Shown one piece after another: positions 1 through 8,527 of a stretch of 64,000 bases of DNA (position 1 is its first letter; every line of letters starts with the position of its first letter). A model generated the notes under the pieces. It did not search any database, had not been told where the DNA came from, and was given only the letters and a program-made list of their open reading frames with translations. Origin of the DNA: an uncultured Acidobacteriota bacterium (GTDB lineage Bacteria; Acidobacteriota; Thermoanaerobaculia; Multivoradales; UBA5704); NCBI GenBank assembly GCA_963770895.1, contig CAVYRF010000002.1, positions 5,280,001-5,344,000 of the forward strand, written 5' to 3'. The position numbers were made by a program, and so were the translations under genes.

Positions 1-90
1 GCCCAGCAGGAGCGCGCCGGCCTTCGCGAGCATCGGTCGAAAGGTGAGACCAACCTGGAGCGCCTGCGGCCTGGCGCGATCTGTGGACAT
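1..90 (-). CDS. 5' end of a gene running off the window, with a signal-peptide-like N-terminus
   Basis: GGAGA RBS, then ATG at 90 reading MSTDRARPQALQVGLTFRPMLAKAGALLLG, open to the window edge. Confidence 0.5.
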   Translation of the reverse strand, partial: MSTDRARPQALQVGLTFRPMLAKAGALLLG

Positions 91-349
91 CTCGGTTCTC
101 CCCTGGAAAGCGACACAAACACCGACAGGAACGGGCAAGGGTCTGCCCGACCGTCATCAGAAGACAAGCTGGATGAGGTGGAAATGTACTAAAGAGGGTA
201 TCACCGTGTCCAGGCCGGCCTGGACGGCCGGCGAGGGCATTCAAGAGCGCCACGCCGCCGGGTAGAGCAGTAAGCTGCGCCGCGGCGGTGGCCGGAAGTG
301 CGGCGGTGCGCCGGCTGGGCCTTGATGGGCTCTGTTCCGGCCCGCCGCC

Positions 350-700
350 TCACCTGGGCGGGTTTGCCGCCGGCAAGACGTGCTGGAGGACCAGGTCATC
401 GAAGTCGGCAACGACGACGTCGCGCTGCGCGCAGGCGAGCAGCGTCACGGCCACGTTGTAGGTCCCCGGCGGCGCCTCGAGCGGGCCTGCGGTGATCGTG
501 TCCCAGGTGCCCTCACCGCGCCGCCCTGTGGAGGCGTGGTCGCTGGACTTCAGGAACGGGCCGGAGCAGTTGTCGTAGGCCTTGCCGGAATAGAAGCTGA
601 AGAAGATACTGGCACTGCCGTTGCTGGAAGGGGTGAGCAGCAAGACCTTGGCGCTGAACTGGTAGGTGCCAGGACTGATGGGGAAGCACTGCTCCGCCAC
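350..700 (-). CDS. hypothetical beta-sandwich/CBM-like extracellular domain, possibly 5'-degraded
   Basis: Protein-like composition (EQCFPISPGTYQFSAKV...ADFDDLVL); in-frame TGA at 728-730 just upstream; no clear signal peptide in frame. Confidence 0.4.
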   Translation of the reverse strand: MAEQCFPISPGTYQFSAKVLLLTPSSNGSASIFFSFYSGKAYDNCSGPFLKSSDHASTGRRGEGTWDTITAGPLEAPPGTYNVAVTLLACAQRDVVVADFDDLVLQHVLPAANPPR

Positions 701-979
701 GGCGCAGGCCGGAGAGGAGGGAGCTCGTCATACTCTAAAGTAGGGTGCGTCGATGGCAGGCGATGGGACAGGCGGGCAGATGGTGGCCGGGTGACGCGGC
801 GCCGCGGACGGGCGAGCCGAAGAGCGCGAGTTCGTGATAGTAAATGCGTTTGAGCGCGAGCGCCCAGCGCGCGGCAGGGATCGACCAGGAGCAATGCTGC
901 CGGACTTTGACGAGGACCTGAGGGATCGGCGACGAGCGCGGGGGCGACCCTGGCCCGCGCGATCGATCCCGGCCTGACC

Positions 980-3424
980 ATGAGCGACTGGAAGCAGGTG
1001 CTGCGACGACTGGTGCGGGAGCCCGGCTTCTCGACCGTCACCGTGCTGACCCTGGCCCTCGCCCTGGCGACGGTGGTCACGGTGTTCACCCTGGTCGACG
1101 CCGTGCTGCTGCGCCAGCTGCCGTATCCGGAGTCCTCCCACCTGGTGGAGGTCAGCCACACCGCCCCGGGCCTCAAGCTCGAGACGATGGACATGTCGGC
1201 GCGGCTGTATCTCCATTACCTGGAGCACGCCAAGACCCTCGACGGCATCGCCCTCTGGAACAGCGTCGACGTCACCCTCAGCGGCAACGAAGAGCCGGTG
1301 CGCGTACCTGGGGCGGTGGTCTCTCCTTCCGCGTTCCGCATCCTGCGGGTCAAGCCGGAGCTCGGCCGCGCCTTCAGCGAAGAGGAAGGACGGCCCGGCG
1401 GCGCCGCGGTGGTGATGCTCAGCCATGACCTGTGGCAGAGCCGCTATGGGGGCAAGGCCGATATCCTCGGCCGGCCGCTCGACGTCAACGGCAAGCCGCG
1501 CGAGGTGGTGGGGGTGATGCCGGCCGGCTTCGACTTCCCCAACCCCAAAACCGAGCTGTGGGTCCCGCGGGTGCTCGATCCCGCCAAGGCACGGCTGGGC
1601 TACTTCTACGATCGTGCCATCGCCCGCGTCCGCAGCCAGGTGACGCCCGAGGCGGCACAGACCGAGCTCACCCAGCTGACCCGCGACCTGGTGGGCGCCT
1701 TCCCGGACGAGGAGGCGGCGAAGATGCTCCAGAACGGAGGCTTCCGTCCGGTGGTCAAGACCCTCCTGGAGCGCGCCGTCGGCAAGGTGCGGCCGGTGCT
1801 GTGGACGCTGCTTGCCGCGGCCGGGCTGATCCTCGCCATCGCCTGCGCCAACATCGCCAATCTGTTCCTGGTGCGCTTCGAAGAACGCTCCGCCGAGCTG
1901 GCGATCCGCGGCGCCCTGGGTGCCAGCCGCGGCCGGCTGGTGGGTGGGCTCTTCGCCGAGGGGCTGGCTCTCGCCGCCCTCGCCGGTGGGGTGGCCGTGG
2001 TCCTGACCTGGGAGACCTTGCGCCTGCTGGTCCGGCTCGGCGTGGGCATCGTGCCGCGCCTGCACCAGGTGGGCCTCGACGCCGGGGCGGTGCTGTTCAC
2101 CTTCGGCGCGGCGGTCCTGGCGGCGGTCCTGGCGTGTCTCCTGCCGGCCTTGCGAGCGAGCCGCATCGACCTCGCGGACGCGGTGCGCGACGGCGGCCGC
2201 GCCTCCGCCGGCCGCGATCGGCACCGCCTGCGCCATACCCTGGTGGGGGCCCAGGTCGCCCTGGGGATGGTGCTGCTGGTGGCTTGCGGGCTGGTGGTGC
2301 GGAGCCTCCTGGCCTTGCAGGCGGTCGACCCCGGCTTCAGGACGAACGGCGCGGCGACCTTCCAGCTGTTTCTGCCGCCGACGACGTATCCTGATGCGCA
2401 AGCCCGGGTGCGCTTCGTGGAGGAGACCGTGGGGCGGCTGGCGGCGCTGCCGGGGGTCGGGGCGGTGGGCCTGGCCAGCTACCTGCCGCTGTCCGACGCC
2501 CAGGGCGGCTCCGGGTTCGTGGTGGAGGAGTTCCCCCTGAGGCCGGGAGAGGTGCCGCCGGTCTTCATGGAGACGAACGCCAGCGCCGGCTATTTCGCCG
2601 CCCTGGGCATCCCGCTCCTGGAAGGACGGACCTTCGCGCCCGACGACTACCGCCAGCGCCTGGGTCGCATCGTGATCAGCCGATCGGTGGCTCGCCGCTA
2701 CTGGCCGAAGGGCAGCGCCCTGGGCAAGCGGATGACGTCGTGGGCGCCGCAGGCGGAACGGCAGGGCTGGTACACGGTGGTCGGGGTGGTGGGCGACGTG
2801 CGCCTGGCGGGCCTCGACCAGGAGCCGGTGGACGTGGTGTACGAGCCTCTCCTGGGCCTCGCCGACGGCAGCAAGGACCTCGGCGCCAGCCTCTCCTATG
2901 CGGTCGCGAGCAGCCTGCCGGCGGCGTCTCTGGCGCCGACCCTGCGCAACACCATGCGCAAGGTCGATCCCAGCCTGCCGATGACCCCGGTGCGGACGGT
3001 GGACAGCCTGGTGCGCGACTCCTGGGCCCACATGACGTTCACCGTCACGGTGCTGCTGCTGGCGTCGCTGATGGCGCTGGTGATCGCGGCGGTGGGGCTC
3101 TACGGGGTGGTGTCGTATCTCGTTACCCGGCGCACCCGGGAGCTTGGCATCCGCATGGCCCTGGGGGCCGACGGCGGCCGCATCCGCCGGCTGGTCCTCG
3201 GCCAGGGGCTCCTGGTCGCCGGCCTCGGCCTCCTCGCCGGCGTGCTGCTGGCGTTGGCTTCCACCCGGCTGCTGGCGTCGCTGCTGTTCCAGGTGGGGAG
3301 CCGGGATCCGCTGACGTTCGTCCTCGCGGCCCTGGTGCTTCTCCTGGTCGCTGCCGCGGCCTCGTACCTGCCCGCCGCGCGTGCTGCTCGCACGTCTCCT
3401 GCCGAGGCTTTGCGCACGACGTAG
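980..3424 (+). CDS. ADOP-family duplicated ABC permease (MacB_PCD + FtsX, twice)
   Basis: 814 aa; PGFSTVTVLTLAL, IACANIANLFL, ELAIRGALGASRGRL, RTRELGIRMALGA, PAARAARTSPAEALR; no adjacent ATPase. Confidence 0.9.
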   Translation: MSDWKQVLRRLVREPGFSTVTVLTLALALATVVTVFTLVDAVLLRQLPYPESSHLVEVSHTAPGLKLETMDMSARLYLHYLEHAKTLDGIALWNSVDVTLSGNEEPVRVPGAVVSPSAFRILRVKPELGRAFSEEEGRPGGAAVVMLSHDLWQSRYGGKADILGRPLDVNGKPREVVGVMPAGFDFPNPKTELWVPRVLDPAKARLGYFYDRAIARVRSQVTPEAAQTELTQLTRDLVGAFPDEEAAKMLQNGGFRPVVKTLLERAVGKVRPVLWTLLAAAGLILAIACANIANLFLVRFEERSAELAIRGALGASRGRLVGGLFAEGLALAALAGGVAVVLTWETLRLLVRLGVGIVPRLHQVGLDAGAVLFTFGAAVLAAVLACLLPALRASRIDLADAVRDGGRASAGRDRHRLRHTLVGAQVALGMVLLVACGLVVRSLLALQAVDPGFRTNGAATFQLFLPPTTYPDAQARVRFVEETVGRLAALPGVGAVGLASYLPLSDAQGGSGFVVEEFPLRPGEVPPVFMETNASAGYFAALGIPLLEGRTFAPDDYRQRLGRIVISRSVARRYWPKGSALGKRMTSWAPQAERQGWYTVVGVVGDVRLAGLDQEPVDVVYEPLLGLADGSKDLGASLSYAVASSLPAASLAPTLRNTMRKVDPSLPMTPVRTVDSLVRDSWAHMTFTVTVLLLASLMALVIAAVGLYGVVSYLVTRRTRELGIRMALGADGGRIRRLVLGQGLLVAGLGLLAGVLLALASTRLLASLLFQVGSRDPLTFVLAALVLLLVAAAASYLPAARAARTSPAEALRTT

Positions 3425-3468
3425 GGAATCCCTGGAGCGGGTGGGAGAGGGTAGGGCGAGGGATTCTT

Positions 3469-4827
3469 CTACAGCTCGCCGGCGGCCAGACTGCGCAGGG
3501 CGCCGAGCGACGGCACGAAGGCGTAGACCCCTCCCGCGGCGTGGACGTGGCGCTGGATGGACAGAGACTGGCGGCCGTGCAGGGGGCAGCGCAACGTGAC
3601 CGGGGCGGCGTCTTCGCCGATCAGCGGGTCGGGCCCGTCGTCGGCTTCGAAGAAGTCGGGGTCGTGAGCCCAGCCGCGCAGCAGAAACTCGAATTGCTGC
3701 TCGATGCTCGCCATGAACGAGTTCATCAGCAGGCCGCGCTCGACGTCGGGGCCGAAGCCGGGGCCGGCTTCGGGATCGTAGATCGGGCCGAAGGGCACGG
3801 CGCGCCGGATCAAACGGTGCCACTCGCGGTCGACCACCATGTTGGAGCGCGGGTACATCTTGCGGATGTGGGAAAAACGCGGCGTCTTGAGGCCGTGCGG
3901 ATCGTCTTCGTAATCGAAGACCGCGCCCGGCGCAGCGCCGTCGTCCACCTCGGGAGAGTGGACCAGGGGAGCGCCGCTCGGCCAGCGGCCGATCAGCCGG
4001 GCCGCCAGCTCGTCGGCCGACATCGGCACCCCGCGGCCGGCCAGCTCGGCACTCGCCGCGGTCAGCTGGGCGCGCCAGCCCGGCACGTCCTGATGGAAAC
4101 GCTTGAAGACCTGGAAGGTGCCGTCGTGCATCCACGCCGGACAGGCGATGGGCGGCCCGAGGCCGCCGGCGCCGTGGCGCGGGTGGCCGAGGACGAACTC
4201 CCCGGCCGGGGTCAGCCGGCGCTCCGGCTCGCCTGCCGCCGGATCGTCGTGGCCGAGCACCGCCGGCTGCGAGATGCCGTCGCGGAAGCCGAAGTGCTCG
4301 CGGCCGGCCATGGCTCCGGGGAGCAAGCCGCCACGCTCCACGTGCACGACGTCGACGCCGTCGCCGGCGCGCCGCCGCTCTTCTTCGAGGGCTCCCTCGA
4401 GACGCTCCAACGAGGTCGAAGCCAGGGTGAGGAGGGCGTCGACGGGTGCCTGGCCCGGACCGCCGAAAGCCCAGCGCTCCGGTGCCCCGGGGCCGCGGTC
4501 GCGCAGCTTGGCGGCGCGGGCGGCGGGACCCTGGCGGAATGCCTCGAACGATTCCAGGCCGGCGAGCGCCTCAGGCGCAAGCCGGCCCAGCCCGCGATGA
4601 CAGAGACCGAGGCTCCGGCAGACGGCACTATCGCCGCCGGCCGGAGCCGCATTCACCAACGCCGTGGCGGTGATCCCGGAGAGCACCCGCCGCAGCCAGC
4701 GGCGGGCACCTCCGGGGTCGGCCAGGGAGAGCATCAGGAAGGCCTGATGCTCCTCGGGAAACGGCGCCAGGACGTTGCCCTGGATCTCCTCCGAGGCGCG
4801 TAGCGGCGCCGCCGCGACGCCGGTCAT
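3469..4827 (-). CDS. Dyp-type heme peroxidase
   Basis: EIQGNVL, EHFGFRDGISQP (GxxDG), IGRWPSGAPL, SHIRKMYPR (proximal His), RLIRRAVPFG, GGVYAFVPS. Confidence 0.9.
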   Translation of the reverse strand: MTGVAAAPLRASEEIQGNVLAPFPEEHQAFLMLSLADPGGARRWLRRVLSGITATALVNAAPAGGDSAVCRSLGLCHRGLGRLAPEALAGLESFEAFRQGPAARAAKLRDRGPGAPERWAFGGPGQAPVDALLTLASTSLERLEGALEEERRRAGDGVDVVHVERGGLLPGAMAGREHFGFRDGISQPAVLGHDDPAAGEPERRLTPAGEFVLGHPRHGAGGLGPPIACPAWMHDGTFQVFKRFHQDVPGWRAQLTAASAELAGRGVPMSADELAARLIGRWPSGAPLVHSPEVDDGAAPGAVFDYEDDPHGLKTPRFSHIRKMYPRSNMVVDREWHRLIRRAVPFGPIYDPEAGPGFGPDVERGLLMNSFMASIEQQFEFLLRGWAHDPDFFEADDGPDPLIGEDAAPVTLRCPLHGRQSLSIQRHVHAAGGVYAFVPSLGALRSLAAGEL

Positions 4828-4836
4828 GTCCGGCGC

Positions 4837-5349
4837 TCAGAAGCGCAGCTTGGGCAGGACTTCGTGCAAGGGCTTGACCGCGCCCAGCTGCTGCAGCAGG
4901 CCGAGGGTGTCCATCTCCAGCCAGCCGGCCTGGAGGGTGCCCTCCGCCGCCCCCCCGTGGTTCTGGGGGTCGATGGGATCGATCGGCTTATGGGGGCCGG
5001 TGTAGACGCCGATGGCGGAGACGGTGACGTAGTTGCCGGTCGGCTGGATGCCGAGGAACGGGCCGGTGTGCTTGCCGCGCAGGGTCCAACGGATGGAGAC
5101 TTCGGCTTCGCCGCTCTCTTTCTCGGCGCCGAAGAGGTCGTTGACCTCGACATCGAAGCCGGGGAATCCCTTGTGGAATTCGCGCGAGAACTGCTTGATG
5201 CCCTCGGGGCCAGGCGCGAAGCCCGGGAAGGGGTACTGGAAGCGGAAGTCGGGGGTCAGGATGTTGTCCGCGAGGTCGTAGTTGCCGTCACGGAAAACCT
5301 GCGTGAACAACGCCTCGACTGCCTGGGTGCTCGCTTGAACGTTGGCCAT
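4837..5349 (-). CDS. SnoaL-like ester cyclase (NTF2 fold)
   Basis: GPEGIKQF...GFPGF, RWTLRGKHTGPFLGIQPTG, DTLGLLQQLG; AGGAG RBS. Confidence 0.85.
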   Translation of the reverse strand: MANVQASTQAVEALFTQVFRDGNYDLADNILTPDFRFQYPFPGFAPGPEGIKQFSREFHKGFPGFDVEVNDLFGAEKESGEAEVSIRWTLRGKHTGPFLGIQPTGNYVTVSAIGVYTGPHKPIDPIDPQNHGGAAEGTLQAGWLEMDTLGLLQQLGAVKPLHEVLPKLRF

Positions 5350-5460
5350 GTCGCCTGCTCCTTTAGGTAACGCGCGCGCGTTGCCTGAAAAGGCCTCCCT
5401 GACGTTGAGGGACGCCTCGATCCGCGGGGTCGGCGCAATTGGTGATCGTAAACCTACCCT

Positions 5461-7302
5461 TCATGATAGGTGCACGTCCTGGAACTGGCGTTGACAAAGC
5501 CGGGCGTAGAGGCCGGCTTGGGCCACGAGCTCATCGTGGCTGCCGAGCTCGACGATGCGGCCGCGGTCGAGGACGGCGATGCGGTGGGCGATGCGGACCG
5601 TGCTCAGCCGGTGGGCGACGACGATCGCGGTGCGGCCGGCCAGCAGCCGCGCGAGGGCCTCCTGCACCAGGTGCTCGCTCTCGCTGTCGAGGGCGGAGGT
5701 GGCCTCGTCCAGGAGCAGCATGCGCGGGTTCTTGAGCAGGGCGCGGGCGATCGCCAGGCGCTGGCGCTGACCGCCGCTCAGCTTGGTAGCCCGCTCGCCG
5801 ACCACCGTGTCGTAGCCCTCCGGCAGCTCGGTGATGAAGGCGTGGGCGTTGGCCGCCTCGGCCGCCGCGATCATCTCCTCTTCGCTCGCCTCGAGCCGGC
5901 CGTAGAGGATGTTCTCGCGCACCGTGCCGCCGAAGAGTTGCGTTTCCTGGGGCACCAGGGCGATCTGCAGCCGCAGGCTCGCGAGGCTCACCTTGCGGAG
6001 GTCGACGCCGTCGATCAGCACCCGACCCGCGGTGGGGTCGTAGAAGCGGGGTACCAGGTTGACCAGGGTGGTCTTGCCGGCCCCGCTGGGGCCCACCACG
6101 GCGAGGATCTCGCCCGGCTCGAGATCGAGGGAGACCTCGGCCAGCACCGGCGCCATCGCGACGCCGGGGGCCGGGGCTTCATAGGCGAAGCTCACCCGCT
6201 CGAAGGTCAGGCGGCCGGCCATGCGGGGCAGGCGCGGGGCGCCGGGCAGCTCGACCACCTCGGTGCGGGTGTCGAGCAGCTCGAGCAGCCGCACCGACGA
6301 GCCCACCGCCTGCTGCAGCCGGCTCCACAGGCCGCCGAACCAGTTGATGGCGCCGCCCATCATCGAGGTGAGGATGATGAAGGTCACGAGCTGCCCCGGG
6401 GTGAGCTTGCCCGCCAGCACCTGCTTGCCGCCGTACCAGATGACCAGCACCGTGCAGGTGAAAAACATCGCCGAGAGGAGCGGCCCGAAGAGCACCTCCA
6501 GGTACAGCCGGCGGAGCGCGAGGGTGAAGAGCTGGTGCAGCCGCGCCCCGAAGCGCCTGGACTCGTACTCCTCGCGGACGAAGGAGCGCACGATGCGGAC
6601 GCCGCTCAACGACTCCTCGAGCACCGTGGTCACGGCGGCGAACGCGTCGGTCAGGTCCTGGGACAGGTTGCGCAGGAAACGGCCGAGGATCACCGAGGTG
6701 ATCGACACGGTGGGCACCAGCAGCACCATCAGGAGGGTCAGGCGCCATTCGAGATAGAGGATCACCACCAGCGAGCCGGCAAACGTGAACATCTGCTGCA
6801 GCAGCCCGGCGACGTCGGCAGTGAGCACGCCGCGGATGTTCGAGACGTCGTTCATCACCCGCGACACCAGCTCGCCGGTGCGGCGCTGGTTGAAGAACGA
6901 CAGCGACAGGGTCTGCAGGTGCTCGTAGAGCTTCTGGCGCAGGTCGATGGTCAGGCGCACGCCGACGAAGCTCAGCAGGTAGCCCACCAGCAGCTGGGTG
7001 CCGCTCTGCAGGACGTAGATGCCGATGAGGGCGAGGGTCACCCGGGGCAGCAGCCGGGGATTGCCGCCGGGCACGATGGAGTCGACCAGGTAGCTCCAGG
7101 CGATGGGGCCGGCCAGGCCCAGGACGCTGCCGACGGCCACCCCCAGGAGGGCCAGGAGCAGTCGCCGGCGGTAAGGCCGGGCAAAGGCGAAGAGCCGCCT
7201 GAGGGGCGCGAGAGTGCTCGCCATGCGCCCCCCGCGCAGGCTGGCGAGCAGGGCCATGAGGCCGCCGAGGGTGGGTTGCGCGCTGTCCAGGGGTGTGGCC
7301 AT
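5461..7302 (-). CDS. ABC exporter, fused permease/ATPase (MsbA-like); start at 7302 or 7224
   Basis: Walker A GPSGAGKTT, LSGGQRQR, LLLDEATSALD, VAHRLST; N-terminal TM helices. Confidence 0.9.
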   Translation of the reverse strand: MATPLDSAQPTLGGLMALLASLRGGRMASTLAPLRRLFAFARPYRRRLLLALLGVAVGSVLGLAGPIAWSYLVDSIVPGGNPRLLPRVTLALIGIYVLQSGTQLLVGYLLSFVGVRLTIDLRQKLYEHLQTLSLSFFNQRRTGELVSRVMNDVSNIRGVLTADVAGLLQQMFTFAGSLVVILYLEWRLTLLMVLLVPTVSITSVILGRFLRNLSQDLTDAFAAVTTVLEESLSGVRIVRSFVREEYESRRFGARLHQLFTLALRRLYLEVLFGPLLSAMFFTCTVLVIWYGGKQVLAGKLTPGQLVTFIILTSMMGGAINWFGGLWSRLQQAVGSSVRLLELLDTRTEVVELPGAPRLPRMAGRLTFERVSFAYEAPAPGVAMAPVLAEVSLDLEPGEILAVVGPSGAGKTTLVNLVPRFYDPTAGRVLIDGVDLRKVSLASLRLQIALVPQETQLFGGTVRENILYGRLEASEEEMIAAAEAANAHAFITELPEGYDTVVGERATKLSGGQRQRLAIARALLKNPRMLLLDEATSALDSESEHLVQEALARLLAGRTAIVVAHRLSTVRIAHRIAVLDRGRIVELGSHDELVAQAGLYARLCQRQFQDVHLS

Positions 7303-7325
7303 CGGCGTCTGTCGCTCGACTCGAT

Positions 7326-7601
7326 CTATTCCTTCACGCGGGCAGCGCTGACAAGAGGATAGGCTTCGGGGCGCTCGATCGAGTCCACGTGCAGATCCAC
7401 GTCCAGATCCGGCCAGTAGAGGTGGTGGGGCTGCGGCCTCTCCACCTTCGCCAGGTGTGCGATGGTGGCATGAGCAAACCAGGGGAACGCCCGGAACGCC
7501 AGGAAGAGCTCCCGCTCGTCGAGCAGCAGCCAAAAGCCGTGCTGGGACACGTTTGTGACCTCAAGATTCGAAATGTGCGCTCCAGGCTGCCCTGATCTCA
7601 T
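7326..7601 (-). CDS. DUF2442-family protein (putative antitoxin)
   Basis: [14 protein letters not shown]...FPWFAHAT...HLYWPDLDVDL; overlaps the DUF4160 gene. Confidence 0.8.
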   Translation of the reverse strand: MRSGQPGAHISNLEVTNVSQHGFWLLLDERELFLAFRAFPWFAHATIAHLAKVERPQPHHLYWPDLDVDLHVDSIERPEAYPLVSAARVKE

Positions 7602-7824
7602 TGTCGTGCTCCATGATGAGCCGCAAGGCCACGCGGATCGTGTGCTCACTCAGTCCGTAGTTCTTCGCGAGCTCGATGTCGGGCTCCATCCAGAACTTTG
7701 CCTCGCCGTCTTCGCCCACGACATGTACGTGCATCCTCTTCTCTTCTCGGGAAAAGAAAAAGAAGCGCAGCCCAGCGGCTCGAAGATCGTCAGGCTCGCA
7801 TAGCGAGTCTAGCATCCGGCGCAA
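7561..7824 (-). CDS. DUF4160-family protein (putative toxin); start uncertain
   Basis: [18 protein letters not shown]...EAKFWMEP...IRAAWSAHF. Confidence 0.8.
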   Translation of the reverse strand: MRRMLDSLCEPDDLRAAGLRFFFFSREEKRMHVHVVGEDGEAKFWMEPDIELAKNYGLSEHTIRVALRLIMEHDNEIRAAWSAHFES

Positions 7825-8075
7825 TCAGGCCCGTCCCGCGGCATGGCCAGGTGCTGGATCATCGCGTCCCTCCTGTGTTTGCGGCTCTCCAGCCGCTCGC
7901 CAGGCCGTCGCCGCCGATCCAGAGCTCGCCCGGGACGCCCGGCGTCGGCCAGGCTGAAGATCGTGGTGTTGGCGCCGATCCCGAGCCCCAGCGACAGCCC
8001 CGCCACCAGGGTGAAGCCGGGCCGCCTCGCCATGGTGCGGATCGCGTATCGCAGGTCGGCAAGCAGGCTTTCCAT
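7809..8075 (-). pseudogene. mosaic remnant: ADOP permease N-terminus + NRPS adenylation-domain fragment + orphan gene start
   Basis: [42 protein letters not shown] from 8075; then in another frame [17 protein letters not shown] (~7892-7942); then AGGAGG-ATG at 7862. Confidence 0.7.
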
Positions 8076-8275
8076 CGCGCGTCCCCCTATCTGGCCGCGA
8101 CCAACGGGCCAGGCTTCCTGCAGGTACCCTGGTGCACGAACACGGGGCCGCGAAGGGGTGGTCCGCCACGGGCCGCCGCGAAATCCGCATTCCGCGCACT
8201 TCATTTTTCAAGAGAGTAGCTCGGCGCGCATGCCTGGCGCTGCTGAATGTACGCCGCTTCCCGCAAGGAGAGACC

Positions 8276-8446
8276 ATGAAGAAGACCGCGAAGCGCCTGA
8301 TGCTGTGCCGCGAAACCGTGCAGACCCTGGCCAGTGGTGAGTTGCTGCATCGTGCAATGGGCGGCGTCAACACCGTCCCGACCTACTGCAAGGACTTCTG
8401 CTCGGAGCGGACCGTCTGCTCCGTGACCTGCGCCAAGAGCTGCTAG
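8276..8446 (+). CDS. putative RiPP (lanthipeptide-like) precursor, 56 aa
   Basis: AAGGAG RBS; MKKTAKRLMLCRETVQTLASGELLHRAMGG-VNTVPTYCKDFCSERTVCSVTCAKSC. Confidence 0.8.
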   Translation: MKKTAKRLMLCRETVQTLASGELLHRAMGGVNTVPTYCKDFCSERTVCSVTCAKSC

Positions 8447-8457
8447 CCGCTGGCCAG

Positions 8458-8473
8458 TGGCGCGGGGTTTGCT
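8458..8473 (+). promoter_or_regulatory. sigma54 (-24/-12) promoter upstream of GH15
   Basis: TGGCGC-GGGGT-TTGCT with canonical spacing, about 55 nt before the ATG. Confidence 0.6.
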
Positions 8474-8527
8474 AGGATCTGGGCGGGCGCCAGCTGCGCG
8501 CCGCCCATCGTCCACCTGCCCTGTCCG

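Noticed and set aside
728-730. In-frame TGA upstream of ORF 350-700 as possible selenocysteine or readthrough
   Set aside because: The upstream frame is not convincingly coding and no SECIS or redox motif is apparent
728-4135. 1135-aa minus-strand ORF
   Set aside because: Antisense shadow of the ADOP permease; Arg/Gly/Pro-rich with no motifs, as expected in high-GC DNA
8132-8275. Upstream extension of the precursor ORF given in the track (104 aa)
   Set aside because: The strong RBS and leader similarity place the start at 8276
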